From an uncultured Spirochaetota bacterium (GTDB lineage: Bacteria > Spirochaetota > Spirochaetia > SZUA-6 > CAVTHK01), in NCBI GenBank assembly GCA_963734495.1, contig CAVTHK010000010.1, positions 160,001 through 224,000 of the forward strand: a stretch of 64,000 nt of DNA. The letters run 5' to 3'. The notes beneath the pieces are model-generated. The model saw nothing but the letters and a program-made list of their open reading frames with translations, had not been told where the DNA came from and did no database searches. Numbering within the stretch: the stretch's first letter is position 1; every line of letters begins with the position of its first letter. A program made the position numbers and the translations under genes. Positions 30,644 through 41,139 of the stretch are shown one piece after another.

Positions 30644-33600
30644 ATGGAACGTCTTTGCCTGGGGCTGGACATCGGCTCGATCTCGGTGAACACCGTCCTG
30701 ATCGACGCCGGACGAAACGTCGTCGAGGATCACTACACGTTCTGCCACGGGCGGCCCTTCCAGGCCCTGCACGCCGTGCTGGCCGATCTGTTGAGCCGCC
30801 ACCCGGAATCCACCATTGAGCGGGTGGCGATCACGGGCACGGGGGGCAAGCTCGCCGCGGAGCTGATCGGCGGCCGCTTCGTCAACGAGATCGTCGCGCA
30901 GGCGTGCTCCGTGGCCGCGCTGCATCCCGAGGCGAGGACGGTCATCGAGATCGGCGGAGAGGACTCCAAGCTCCTCATCATGGAGCCGCAGCCGGGCGGC
31001 GCGAAGTCCCGTCTCGCCGACTACGCCATGAACACGATCTGCGCCGCGGGGACGGGCTCCTTTCTGGACCACCAGGCGCGCCGGATCGGGATATCCATCG
31101 AGAAGGAGTTCGGCGAGCTGGCCCTGCTCTCCGAGAACCCGCCCCACATCGCGGGACGCTGCAGCGTGTTCGCCAAGAGCGACATGATCCACCTGCAGCA
31201 GATCGCGACTCCGGTCCAGGACATCGTCGCCGGCCTGTGTTTCGCGGTGGCCCGCAACATACGCAGCAATCTCGCCCGCGGCAGGGATCTGCAGAAGCCG
31301 GTCGTCTTCCAGGGCGGAGTCGCGGCGAACGCGGCGTCGCGCGCGCGTTTCGCGAGGTGCTGAACCTGCGGGACGGCGAGCTGATCATCCCGGAGCACCA
31401 CGCCTCGATGGGCGCCATCGGCGCCGTGTTCCACGTCCTCGACCATCCGGCCGCGACGATGGCCGGTTCAGGGGACTGGCGGCGCTCGCGAGCGCGCCTG
31501 GAGAACCCCTCCCGCAACCTTCCGAGCTGGGAGCCGCTGGAGCGCCCCTGCGCCGGCGGGCGCAAGGACATCGTGCCGAGACCGGACGCGGGCGCAAGGC
31601 TCGCGGTGTATCTCGGGATCGACGTCGGCTCCGTCAGCACGAACGTCGTGCTGATCGACGACGACAACGAACGTGGTGGCGCGCCGGTACCTCGCCACCG
31701 CCTCGCGCCCGCTCGAAGCGATCCGCAGCGGCCTTTCGGAGATCTACGAGGAGCTGGGCGACCGGGTCGAGCGTCGCCGGGCGTCGGCACGACCGGCTCC
31801 GGCCGGCACCTGACCGGCGCGTTTGTCGGCGCCGACACCGTCAAGAACGAGATCACGGCCCAGGCGACCGCCGCCGTCTTCTACCACCCGGAAGTCGACA
31901 CCATCTTCGAGATCGGCGGCCAGGACTCCAAGTACATCAGCATCGACAACGGCGTCATCGTCGACTTCGAGATGAACAAGGTCTGCGCGGCGGGCACCGG
32001 CTCGTTCCTGCAGGAGCAGGCGGAAAAGCTGGGTGTCGACATCGAGGGCGAGTTCGGCGAGATGGCGCTCGCGTCGCGGCGGCCCTCGAAGCTCGGCGAC
32101 CGCTGCACGGTGTTCATGGAGAGCGACCTGAACTCGCACCAGCAGAAGGGCGCCGCCAAGCCGGACCTGGTCGGCGGCCTCGCGTACTCGATCGTGCAGA
32201 ACTACCTGCAGAAGGTCGTGGGCGCGAAGCGCATCGGCGAGCACATCCTGTTCCAGGGCGGCGTGACCAACAATCCTTCCGTGGTCGCCGCGTTCGAAAA
32301 GGTGACGCGGAAGAAGATCGTCGTCCCACCTCATTTCGACGTCACCGGCGCGATCGGCGCCGCCATGCTGGCGCGCGACGAAGTGCGCCGCACCGGGCGC
32401 GGGACGAAGTTCAAGGGCTTTGAGGTGAGCAAGGTCCCGTACTCCATGGCCCGGTTCGCGTGCGACAAGTGCGACAACCGCTGCGACGTCCACAAGGTGA
32501 AGATCGAAGGGAGCCGGGCCCTGTTCTACGGCGACCGCTGCGACCGCTACCAGCCGTCGGAAGTGCAGGAGGAGAAAGAGCAGAGGCGGAGGGAGATCCC
32601 GAACCCGGTCCGGCTGCGCGAGAAGCTTCTGCTCGGAGACTACCGGGACGAGCCGCCGCAGCGCCAAGGGCGGCCGACGATCGGGATCCCGAGAGCGCTC
32701 ATGGCGTACTACCAGAGCTTTCCCTACTGGCGCGCCTTCTTCGAGGAGCTCGGGTTGCGGGTCGTTCTCTCGCCGCCCACGGACCGTCCCATGGTCACCC
32801 GGTCCCTCAGCATGCTCTGCGCCGAGACCTGTTTCCCCGTGGAGGTCGTGCACGGCCACGTGCGCGCGCTGCTCGAGGCCGGGGCCGACCACGTCTTCAT
32901 GCCCTTCGTCGTCGACAACCCGGCCGAGAGCGGCGATCCGACGCTCGCCTACAGCTGTCCGTGGGTCCAGTCGTACCCCTTCATGATCCGCGGGGCGATG
33001 CGGGGGGAGCAGGCGCAGAGCAGGCTCCTGCTGCCGGCGGTCCACTTCCGCTACACGCGTGCGAAGCTGCTCGACGACCTCACCGCCTTTGCGAGACGGT
33101 CCTTCGGCGCGGGCCGCCGGCAGGTCGAGACCGCTGCTCGCGCGGCCGAGGAGGCCCAGCGCGGGTTCGAGCGCGCGCTCCGCGACGAAGGGCGCAGGAT
33201 CCTGGCTGACCTGCCCGCGGACAGGCAGGCCGCCGTGATCCTGGGCCGGCCGTACAACATCGGCGACCGGGAGCTGAACCTCGGTCTCGTCGAGAAGCTC
33301 ATCGACCTCGGGGTGCAGCCGATTCCTCTGGACTTCCTCGCCCTGAATGAGAAGCTGGCGGAGATCCACCGCGACTACGACATGATGTACTGGCCGAACG
33401 GACAGAAGATCCTGGCCGCCGCGCGCCTGGTCGCGGAGAGCGATCGGCTGCACGCGGTCTACCTGAGCAACTTCCGCTGCGGCCCCGACTCCTTCCTGCT
33501 GCACTACGTGAGGGAGGAGATGCGCGGCAAGCCCTACCTGCAGTTGGAGGTCGACGAGCACAGCGCGGACGCCGGGCTGATCACCAGGTGCGAAGCCTTT

Positions 33601-34902
33601 CTCGACAGCCTGAAAGGCAAGGTGAAGGTTGAAGGCAGGCCCCGCAAGAGCTCTGTGCTCGCGGTGACCAGGGCTTCCCCGTCGGCGGGCCGGACGCTGT
33701 ACTTCCCCTACATGTGCGACACGGCCCACGTGCTGGCCGCCGCCTCGCGGGCCTGCGGCATGGACGCCGCGGTGCTGCCCATGCAGGACGCGCAGGACCT
33801 CGAATGGGGCCGCAGGTACACCTCGTCGCGCGAATGCTTTCCCATGATCTGCACGACGGGCAGCTTTCTCAGGAAGCTTGCGGAGCCCGGGGTCGACCCC
33901 GCGAAGGTCTCCTTCTTCATGCCCTCCCACAGCGGACCGTGCCGGTTCGGGCAGTACAGGAAGCTCCAGCGCATCATCCTGGCGAACCTCGGCTTCCGTG
34001 ACGTCGAGATCGTCTCGCCGGACAACCGCAACTCCTACGCCGACTTCACCAATGGGCGCGGCCTGGCATTCCGTCTGCTGGCATGGAAAGGCCTGGTGTC
34101 CGCTGAGCTGCTCGGAAAGCTGCGGCAGGAACGCGAGCCCTACGAGGCCGTGCCCGGCGAGGTCGCGAAGGTCTACCAGGAGCAGCTCGAGAGGCTCGTG
34201 CGATCCGTCGAGGCGGGAGCCCGAAGGACTCCGCGCGTCCTCAGGGAGGCTGGCGACGCTTTCAAGGGGATCAGGATGCGCGAGATGCCCCGCAAACCGG
34301 TTGTGGCCGTGGTCGGGGAGATCTTCATGCGGGACAACCCGTTCTGCAGCGCGTACCTGCGCCAGCGTCTGGAGCAGATGGGCGCGGAGACCGTCATGGC
34401 GCCGGTGCGGGAGTGGATCGAGTGCGCCACGGCGCGCTGGGCAGAGGAGAGCCGGTGGCGCGGCGAGCCGCTCAACACGTTGAAGGCGAGGGCCCAGGGC
34501 TGGTTCCAGCGCCGGATCGGGGTGATGCTCGAGCACGGCATAGCGGATGCGGTCGAAACGGAGCGGATCATCGATGTCGCGGAGATCCTGGAGCTCTGCG
34601 ATCCCTACATCCACAGGGATTACGTCGGAGATCCTCCCCTCGCCCTCGGGGCGGCGGCGGGCCTGGCGAGAACGGGCGTGTCCGGGGTTGCGGCGATCCT
34701 GCCGTTCACCTGTCTGCCCGGCACCATCGTGGCATCTCTTTCCCCCGGTTTCCGAAAGGACCACGGTGACATGCCGTGGGTCGACATAGCCTACGACGGG
34801 CAGGAGGACACGGGCATCGAGACGCGCCTCGAGGCATTCATGCACCAGGCGAGGGAATACTGCCTCCGGATGGGGTACGACGAGCCGCGTGTCTGGGCCT
34901 GA
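30644..34902 (+). CDS. Fused 2-hydroxyacyl-CoA dehydratase activase (two BcrAD/BadFG ATPase domains plus DUF2229/HgdD-like domains); several frameshifts 31330-31790
   Basis: Two LGxDxGSxS.N / EIGGxDSK / CAAGTGSFL / RC.VF units, then IGIPRAL, ETCFPV, FRCGPDSF, LEVDEHSADAGLITRCEAF, GPCRFGQY, PFTCLPG, TRLEAFM. Confidence 0.88.
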
Positions 34903-35072
34903 GGGCCGCAAGGCGGCAGGCGAGCTTTCCCTGCCCGCTCATCCATGCTACGATCCCCGCGACATCCCGCTCTCGTCGTTGCGGCTGACGGCGACGGAGG
35001 CGCCCGCGCGATTCGCAGCTCGCGACAAGCACTGCGCGGCGCGGGCATGCGCAGAAAGCAGGGGCCGCCGTT

Positions 35073-35285
35073 ATGGAAAGTTACCGGGGCATGAGCTTCG
35101 ACGTGCAGATCGAGGAGGTGGCCGGCCGGGGCTTCACCGTGCAGGCGATCATCTTCGAGGAATGCCAGGACGGCCTGACGCTCCGGCACGTCGTCGGAAG
35201 CCCCAGCGCGATCCTGAAGAGCCGCGACGATGCCAGGGCCCTCTCGGAAGACCTGGCCAGGGAGTGGATCACCGAGAACACGTGA
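35073..35285 (+). CDS. Small hypothetical protein (70 aa)
   Basis: High GC3 codon usage, protein-like composition, AGGGG SD. Confidence 0.5.
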   Translation: MESYRGMSFDVQIEEVAGRGFTVQAIIFEECQDGLTLRHVVGSPSAILKSRDDARALSEDLAREWITENT

Positions 35286-35358
35286 TCCGAGGTTCGCCGG
35301 CGAGTTGCCTCTCCGCACGAAGCGTCATTATGCTGGACGCATCGATGCGGAGGAGATG

Positions 35359-38071
35359 ATGTCAGAAAGTACGGCTTCCCGCCGGCGCGCGCCGGCGAGG
35401 CGAACGCTGTGGATCGCAGCAGGCGCCGCAGTCCTGCTGGGGGGCTGCCTGTCGCTGGGGTCGCGCGAGGCTTCGACGCGGTCCGGCGGCGTCGTGCGGG
35501 CGACGCTCGACAACGGCCTGCAGGTCGTCCTGGTGCGCAGCCCTCTCGCGCCCGTGGTCACGCAGCAGGTCACATATCTCGCCGGAGGCAACCAGTCGCC
35601 GGCGGGGTTCCCCGGAACCGCCCACGCCGTCGAGCACATGATGTTCCGCGGCTCACCGGGGCTCTCCGGAGACCAGCTCTCCCAGATCTCCGCGCAGCTC
35701 GGCGGCGACGAGAACGCCTACACCACCCCCACGACGACGACCTTCTATTTTACTGTCCCCTCAGGGGACCTGGACACGATCCTGAGGATCGAGGCCCTTC
35801 GCATGCGAGGGGTCGACATGCGGTCCGAGGACTGGGACACGGAGCGCGGCGCGATCGAGCAGGAAGTGGCCCGGGACAACTCGAACCCTTTCTACGTCCT
35901 CGAGGCGAAGGCCCGTGAGCGCATCTTCGCGGGAACGCCTTATGCCGACACCGGCCTGGGCACCAAGCCCTCGTTCGACGCGACGACCGCGGAGACGCTC
36001 AAGTCCTTTCACGACACGTGGTATGCGCCCGACAACGCCTTGCTCGTCATCGCCGGCGACATCGACCCGCAGTCCGTGCTCGCGAGCGTGAAGTCCCTGT
36101 TCGGCCCGATACCGCGCAAGACGGTCCCATCGCGGCCGCAGCCCGTCTTCCAGGACGTGCAGCCGGACGTGTTCCGCTCGACCACCGACCAGGCAAGCGG
36201 GACGGTGGCGTTCGTGTTCCGCACGCCGGGGTACAGGAGTCCCGACTTCCCGGCGGTCCAGATCCTGTCGCAGGTGCTGGACTCGCCGCGCGGCGCCATA
36301 TCCGCGCTGACCTACGACGGGAAAGCGCTCGGCTCGGGCTTCTTCCAGCAGACATTCCCCGACACGGGGCTGGCGATCGCGTACGCGGCGTTCCCCAGAG
36401 GCGCTGACGCCGAGGCGCTGCGGCAGGAGCTCCGGAGCGCCGTCGAGAAGGCAGGATCGGGAATCACGCGTGATCTCGTCGATGCGGAGCGCCGGCGCGT
36501 GGTTCTCGACGCGCGGCTGCGCAATGGGTCCATCTCGGATCTCGCCCGGTCGTGGTCGGACGCGGTGGCCCTCGAGGGCCTGGACTCGCCCGACCGCGAG
36601 GTGGCGATGCTCGAGCGGGTCAACGCCGGCGCCGTACAGCGGGCAGCCCGCGACTACCATCAGCTTCGACCACGCCATGACCCTCGTGCTCACGCCGGGA
36701 GCGGAGTCGGAGACCGCCGGCGGCGGGCAGGTCTTCGGGACGGCCGAATCGTTCGCTTCCACGCCGGAAAAGCCTGTCGAGCTGCCGGACTGGGCGGCAG
36801 CGGCGCTCGCAAAGCTCCCCCACCCGCAGCCGCTTTTCCAGCCGACCGTCTCGGAGCTGCCCAACGGCGTCCGGCTGATCGTCCAGCCTCTTCCGGGAAG
36901 CGGCGCGGTGAGCCTCTCGGGGAGCGTTCACACGGATGAGAAGCTGCAGGCGCCCGCCGGAAAGGACGGCGTGAGCGACCTGATGAACACCCTCCTCGAC
37001 TGGGGTCCGCGGAACATGTCGCGATCGCAGTTCGAGGCCGCGATGGACGGCATCGGCGCCGAGTACTCGACCGGCACCAGGTTCTCGCTCCAGGCCCTTC
37101 CCCCGTACTTCGACAGGGGCGTGCAGCTCATGGCCCGGGACCTGCTGGACCCGTCGTTCCCCGCCGACGCCTTCGCGAGCCAGAAGCGCGCCCAGGCTCA
37201 GCAGGCCCAGGGGCGGGTGTCGAGCCCGCGCTACCGGTTCGGCCAGGCCGTCCGCCAATCGCTCGTGCCGGAGGGCGATCCCTCGACGCGCTCCGCCACG
37301 CCGCAGACGATCGATTCCCTCACGCTCGAAGACGTTCGCGCGTATCATCGCAGCGTCGTGCGTCCCGACGAGACGACGATCGTCGTGATGGGCGACATCG
37401 ACCCCGAAGCGGCCCGGCAGATCGTGTCGAGGCACTTCGGAGGCTGGAAAGCCGAAGGTCCCAGGCCCGTGCTCGATTACCCGCAGGTCCCGGCCTCCCG
37501 CCCCGGCGTCGTCTTCGTTCCCGACCCCGTGAGCGAGCAGGACGAGGTGGTGCTGGCCGAAACCGTGGCGCTCGACTACAACGCTCCGGACCATTACGCG
37601 CTGCAGCTCGGGAACGAGTTTCTCGGCGGCGCCAGTTTCGCGAGCCCGCTCTATCGCGAGCTGAGGGTCAAGCGGGGACTGGTCTACAGCGTGGAATCGT
37701 CGACGAGCTTCACGCGCAGCCGCGGCCTCTTCTCCCTCAGCTTCGGCGCCTACCCGGACAAAGTCGACGAAGCCGCGCAGCTTGCGGTCCAGGTGGTGCA
37801 GTCCATGGCGAGCGCGCCGCTCTCCGAGCAGGACCTTCACCTGGCAAAGGCCCAGGCCCTGCGGCAGATCGAGCTCACGAGCCAGACGGTGTCGGCGATC
37901 GCGGATCAGTGGCTGGGATACAGTGAAGAAGGACTCTCGCTCAACCGCCTCTACGAGGTCGCGGCCCGCTACGAGGCACTGACTGCGGCGGAAATTCAGC
38001 AGGCCTTCGGCAAGTACCTCGACACCTCGCGGTTGTCGCGATTCGTGCTGGGCCGGCCGCTCCCGAAGTAG
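35359..38071 (+). CDS. M16-family (pitrilysin-like) zinc protease, lipoprotein; frameshift near 36650
   Basis: GGAGG SD; lipobox LLGGC; LDNGL; inverted zinc motif HAVEH; WYAPDNALLVIAGD; second half LPNGV...LRVKRGLVYS. Confidence 0.88.
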
Positions 38072-38090
38072 CGGCGGAGCACGCCGCCCT

Positions 38091-39563
38091 TCAGCCCGAG
38101 GTTTCGGGCGGAGGCGCCTTGAGCAGCCGGGGCGGGAGGAAAGCGACCGCGATCACGGAGAGACCGGCAAGGCCGACGAAGAGCACGAACAGCCCGTGGA
38201 GGCCCGCGGCGAGGGCGTCCCGCGCCCCCTCGCCGGCCGCGCGGGCGGGCGGGTCCGACGCGGAGGCCAGCGTCGTCGCCGCGACCGGCGCCGCGGCGGC
38301 CGCGGCAGCGATCCCCCGGTTGAGCCACGAGCCGAAGAACGCGACGCCGGTCGTCTGGCCCAGGGCACGGACGAAGGAGTTGGACGCGGTGGACGAGCCC
38401 CGCAGCTCCCAGGGAACGACGGTCTGCACCGTCAGAAGAAACGTGTTGAAGGCGAAGCCGAACCCGCCGCCCATCAGGATCATCAGCGGAACAAAGACCC
38501 ACGGCGGCGTGCGGGGGGTCACCGTGGCGAGCCCGAGGGAACCCGCGAGGACGGCGGCCGCGCCGACGCCGGCGGTCAACCGCGGGCTCGTCCGCGTGAG
38601 CAGCCGCGCGCAGATCGTGGCCGCCACGGGCCAGGCGATCGAAGAGGGGATCAGGGTGAGCCCGGAGCTGGTCGCCTTGTAGCCCAGGACATCCTGCACC
38701 CAGAGCGGAAGGTACGCGTTCGAGCCGATCAGGATCGCGCTCATCACCAGCGTTCCGAGGTTGGATACGGTGATCTCCTTCCAGGCGAACAGCTTGACGG
38801 GGACGATCGGCTCGCTCGCCCGCGTCTGGATCAGCGCGAACGCTCCGAGAAAGATCGCCGCCACGGCGAGAAGCCCGAGGGCCTCCGGCGAGCCCCACGC
38901 GTAACGCTGCCCGCCGGTGAGCAGCGCCATCAGGAGCGCGCACATGCCCACCGTGAACGCGACGGCGCCCGCGTAGTCGATGCGGTGCTTCCGGCGCGCA
39001 ACGCTCTCGTGAAAGAAGAGCGCTATCAGGCCGATCGCGACGAGGCCGAAGGGCACGTTCACGAAGAAGACCCAGTGCCACGAGAGGTTGTCCACGAGGA
39101 ATCCGCCCAGCAGGGGTCCGACGATGCTCGCCACGCCCCATATGGAGCTGAGGAGCCCCTGGACGCGGCCCCGCTCGGCGAGCTCGTAGATGTCTCCGAC
39201 GATCGTGATCGAAACCGGCAGCACGGCCCCGGCCCCGATCCCCTGCAGCGCGCGGGACGCGATCAGCGCCGGCATGGATTGCGACAGGCCGCAGAGCGCG
39301 GAGCCCGCGAGAAAGAGCACGGTGCCCGCCATCACGATCATCTTGCGGCCGACGAGGTCGGCGAGCTTCCCGAAGATGGGGGTCGTGACCGCCATGGTCA
39401 GCAGGTAGACGGCGAAGACCCAGCTGATGAGCGACACTCCCCCGAGGTCGGCCGCGATCCGCGGCATCGCGGTCGCGATGACGGTGACCTCGATCGCGGC
39501 GAGAAAGGAGAGGAGCATGATGGCCGCGGTGACGAAGCCCCGGTTGGTCCTGCTTGCCGTCAT
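38091..39563 (-). CDS. MFS drug:H+ antiporter (DHA2/MDR, 14 TM)
   Basis: TAMPRIAADL, WVFAVYLL, GKLADLVGRK, RALQGIGAG, GPLLGG, WHWVFFVNVP. Confidence 0.92.
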   Translation of the reverse strand: MTASRTNRGFVTAAIMLLSFLAAIEVTVIATAMPRIAADLGGVSLISWVFAVYLLTMAVTTPIFGKLADLVGRKMIVMAGTVLFLAGSALCGLSQSMPALIASRALQGIGAGAVLPVSITIVGDIYELAERGRVQGLLSSIWGVASIVGPLLGGFLVDNLSWHWVFFVNVPFGLVAIGLIALFFHESVARRKHRIDYAGAVAFTVGMCALLMALLTGGQRYAWGSPEALGLLAVAAIFLGAFALIQTRASEPIVPVKLFAWKEITVSNLGTLVMSAILIGSNAYLPLWVQDVLGYKATSSGLTLIPSSIAWPVAATICARLLTRTSPRLTAGVGAAAVLAGSLGLATVTPRTPPWVFVPLMILMGGGFGFAFNTFLLTVQTVVPWELRGSSTASNSFVRALGQTTGVAFFGSWLNRGIAAAAAAAPVAATTLASASDPPARAAGEGARDALAAGLHGLFVLFVGLAGLSVIAVAFLPPRLLKAPPPETSG

Positions 39564-39652
39564 GGGCCTTGAATATAGCATTGCCGCTGGAGGGAGCGGA
39601 CGGCTGTTCGCGCCAGTTGGCGGCGGCGCCCGCTAATGTGCATTATCGAGCC

Positions 39653-41074
39653 ATGGAACAGGGACCGCTCAGCACGCACGACAAGGCGCTCCAGATCAAC
39701 ATCGACGCGTCCCGTTACGGAACGTTCGCCGAGATCGGAGCGGGCCAGGAGGTCGCGCGCTGGTTCTTCCACGTCGGCGGCGCGGCCGGCACGGTCGCGA
39801 AGACGATCTCGGCCTACGACATGGCTGTCTCGGACGCGATCTACGGCTCGACACCCCGCTACGTCAGCCGGCAGCGGCTGCAGGCGATGCTGGACTACGA
39901 GTGGCGGCTCATGCTCGAGCGCCTGGGCGCGGAGCGGGGCGATTCGACGACCTTCTTCGTGTTCGCGGACACGGTGGCGGCCAAGAGCTACACGAGGCAC
40001 GAAGAGGGACAGGGGTGGCTGGGCATCCGGTTCCAGACCGAGAAGAACGGCCCCGCGTCCGAGATCATCATCCACGCGCGGATGTGGGACCTCGAGAACG
40101 CGCGGCAGCAGGAGGCCCTGGGCATCCTCGGCGTGAACCTGATCCACGGCGCGTTCTACGGCTCGAGCGATCCGCCCGCGCTCGTGCGCGCCCTCATGGA
40201 CGGGTTGACGCGCGACCGGATGGAAGTGGACATGATCAAGCTCACGGGCCCCGCGTTCGCCGGCGTGGACAACCGCCTGATGAGCCTCCGCCTCGTCGAG
40301 CAGCGGCTGACGAACGCCGTGATGTTCGGCCCCGACGGGGACGTGGTCGAGCCCGCGGAGCTTCTCTACCACAAGCCCGTGCTGATCGAGCGCGGGAGCT
40401 TCCACCCCATCACCCGGGTGACGCTGGACATGCAGGAACGATCGCTGGAGCAGATGCGAGAGGCCCCGGACATGGCCGGCCGCGAGCCCGTCGTGCTGAT
40501 GGAGATGACCCTGCGGAACCTGCTCAGTCTCGGCACCGAGGTAGAGCCTGCGGACTTCCTGGCGCGGATGGACACGCTGTGCGCGCTCGGGAAGACCGTG
40601 ATGATCTCCAACTACTCGCGCTTCCACAATGTCACCGGCTACCTCCGCCGCTACACCAACGAGCGCATCGTGATGGCGCTCGGAGTCCCGACGCTCGCGC
40701 TCCTGCTGGAGGATCGCCACTACCGCGACCTGGGCGGCGGACTGCTCGAGGCGCTGGGCCGCCTGTTCAGCGGCCCCGTCACGCTGTTCATCTACCCATG
40801 GCAGAACAACCACACCGGAGAGCGCGTGACAGCGGAAACGTTCACGGTGCGCGAGAACGACCGGCACCTCTACGCCTATCTTCTGGAAAACCACCTGATC
40901 GAGCCGATCCGCAGGTACACGGAGGCAGACCTCTCCATTCTCCCTGGCCACGTCCTGCTGAGCCTGCAGAAAGGCGACCCCGCATGGGAGCAGCAGGTCC
41001 CGGAGGCGGTGGTCGAGATCATCAAGGCAAGGGGACTCTTCGGCTACCGCTCGGAGCGGCGGGGAGCGGCATAG
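39653..41074 (+). CDS. Conserved cytoplasmic protein with a nucleotidyltransferase-like C-terminal domain (family often mis-annotated as TonB-dependent receptor)
   Basis: KALQIN...YGTFAEIGAGQEVARWFFHVGGAAGTVAKTISAYDM; ERGSFHPIT; W...VP..V..II...GLFGY. No signal peptide or barrel. Confidence 0.75.
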   Translation: MEQGPLSTHDKALQINIDASRYGTFAEIGAGQEVARWFFHVGGAAGTVAKTISAYDMAVSDAIYGSTPRYVSRQRLQAMLDYEWRLMLERLGAERGDSTTFFVFADTVAAKSYTRHEEGQGWLGIRFQTEKNGPASEIIIHARMWDLENARQQEALGILGVNLIHGAFYGSSDPPALVRALMDGLTRDRMEVDMIKLTGPAFAGVDNRLMSLRLVEQRLTNAVMFGPDGDVVEPAELLYHKPVLIERGSFHPITRVTLDMQERSLEQMREAPDMAGREPVVLMEMTLRNLLSLGTEVEPADFLARMDTLCALGKTVMISNYSRFHNVTGYLRRYTNERIVMALGVPTLALLLEDRHYRDLGGGLLEALGRLFSGPVTLFIYPWQNNHTGERVTAETFTVRENDRHLYAYLLENHLIEPIRRYTEADLSILPGHVLLSLQKGDPAWEQQVPEAVVEIIKARGLFGYRSERRGAA

Positions 41075-41139
41075 CCGCCTGGCCGGCCGGCGCGCGCGCG
41101 GCCCCTCGGCGCAGCGAGCGCGCCCCAGTCCGCCGCGCG

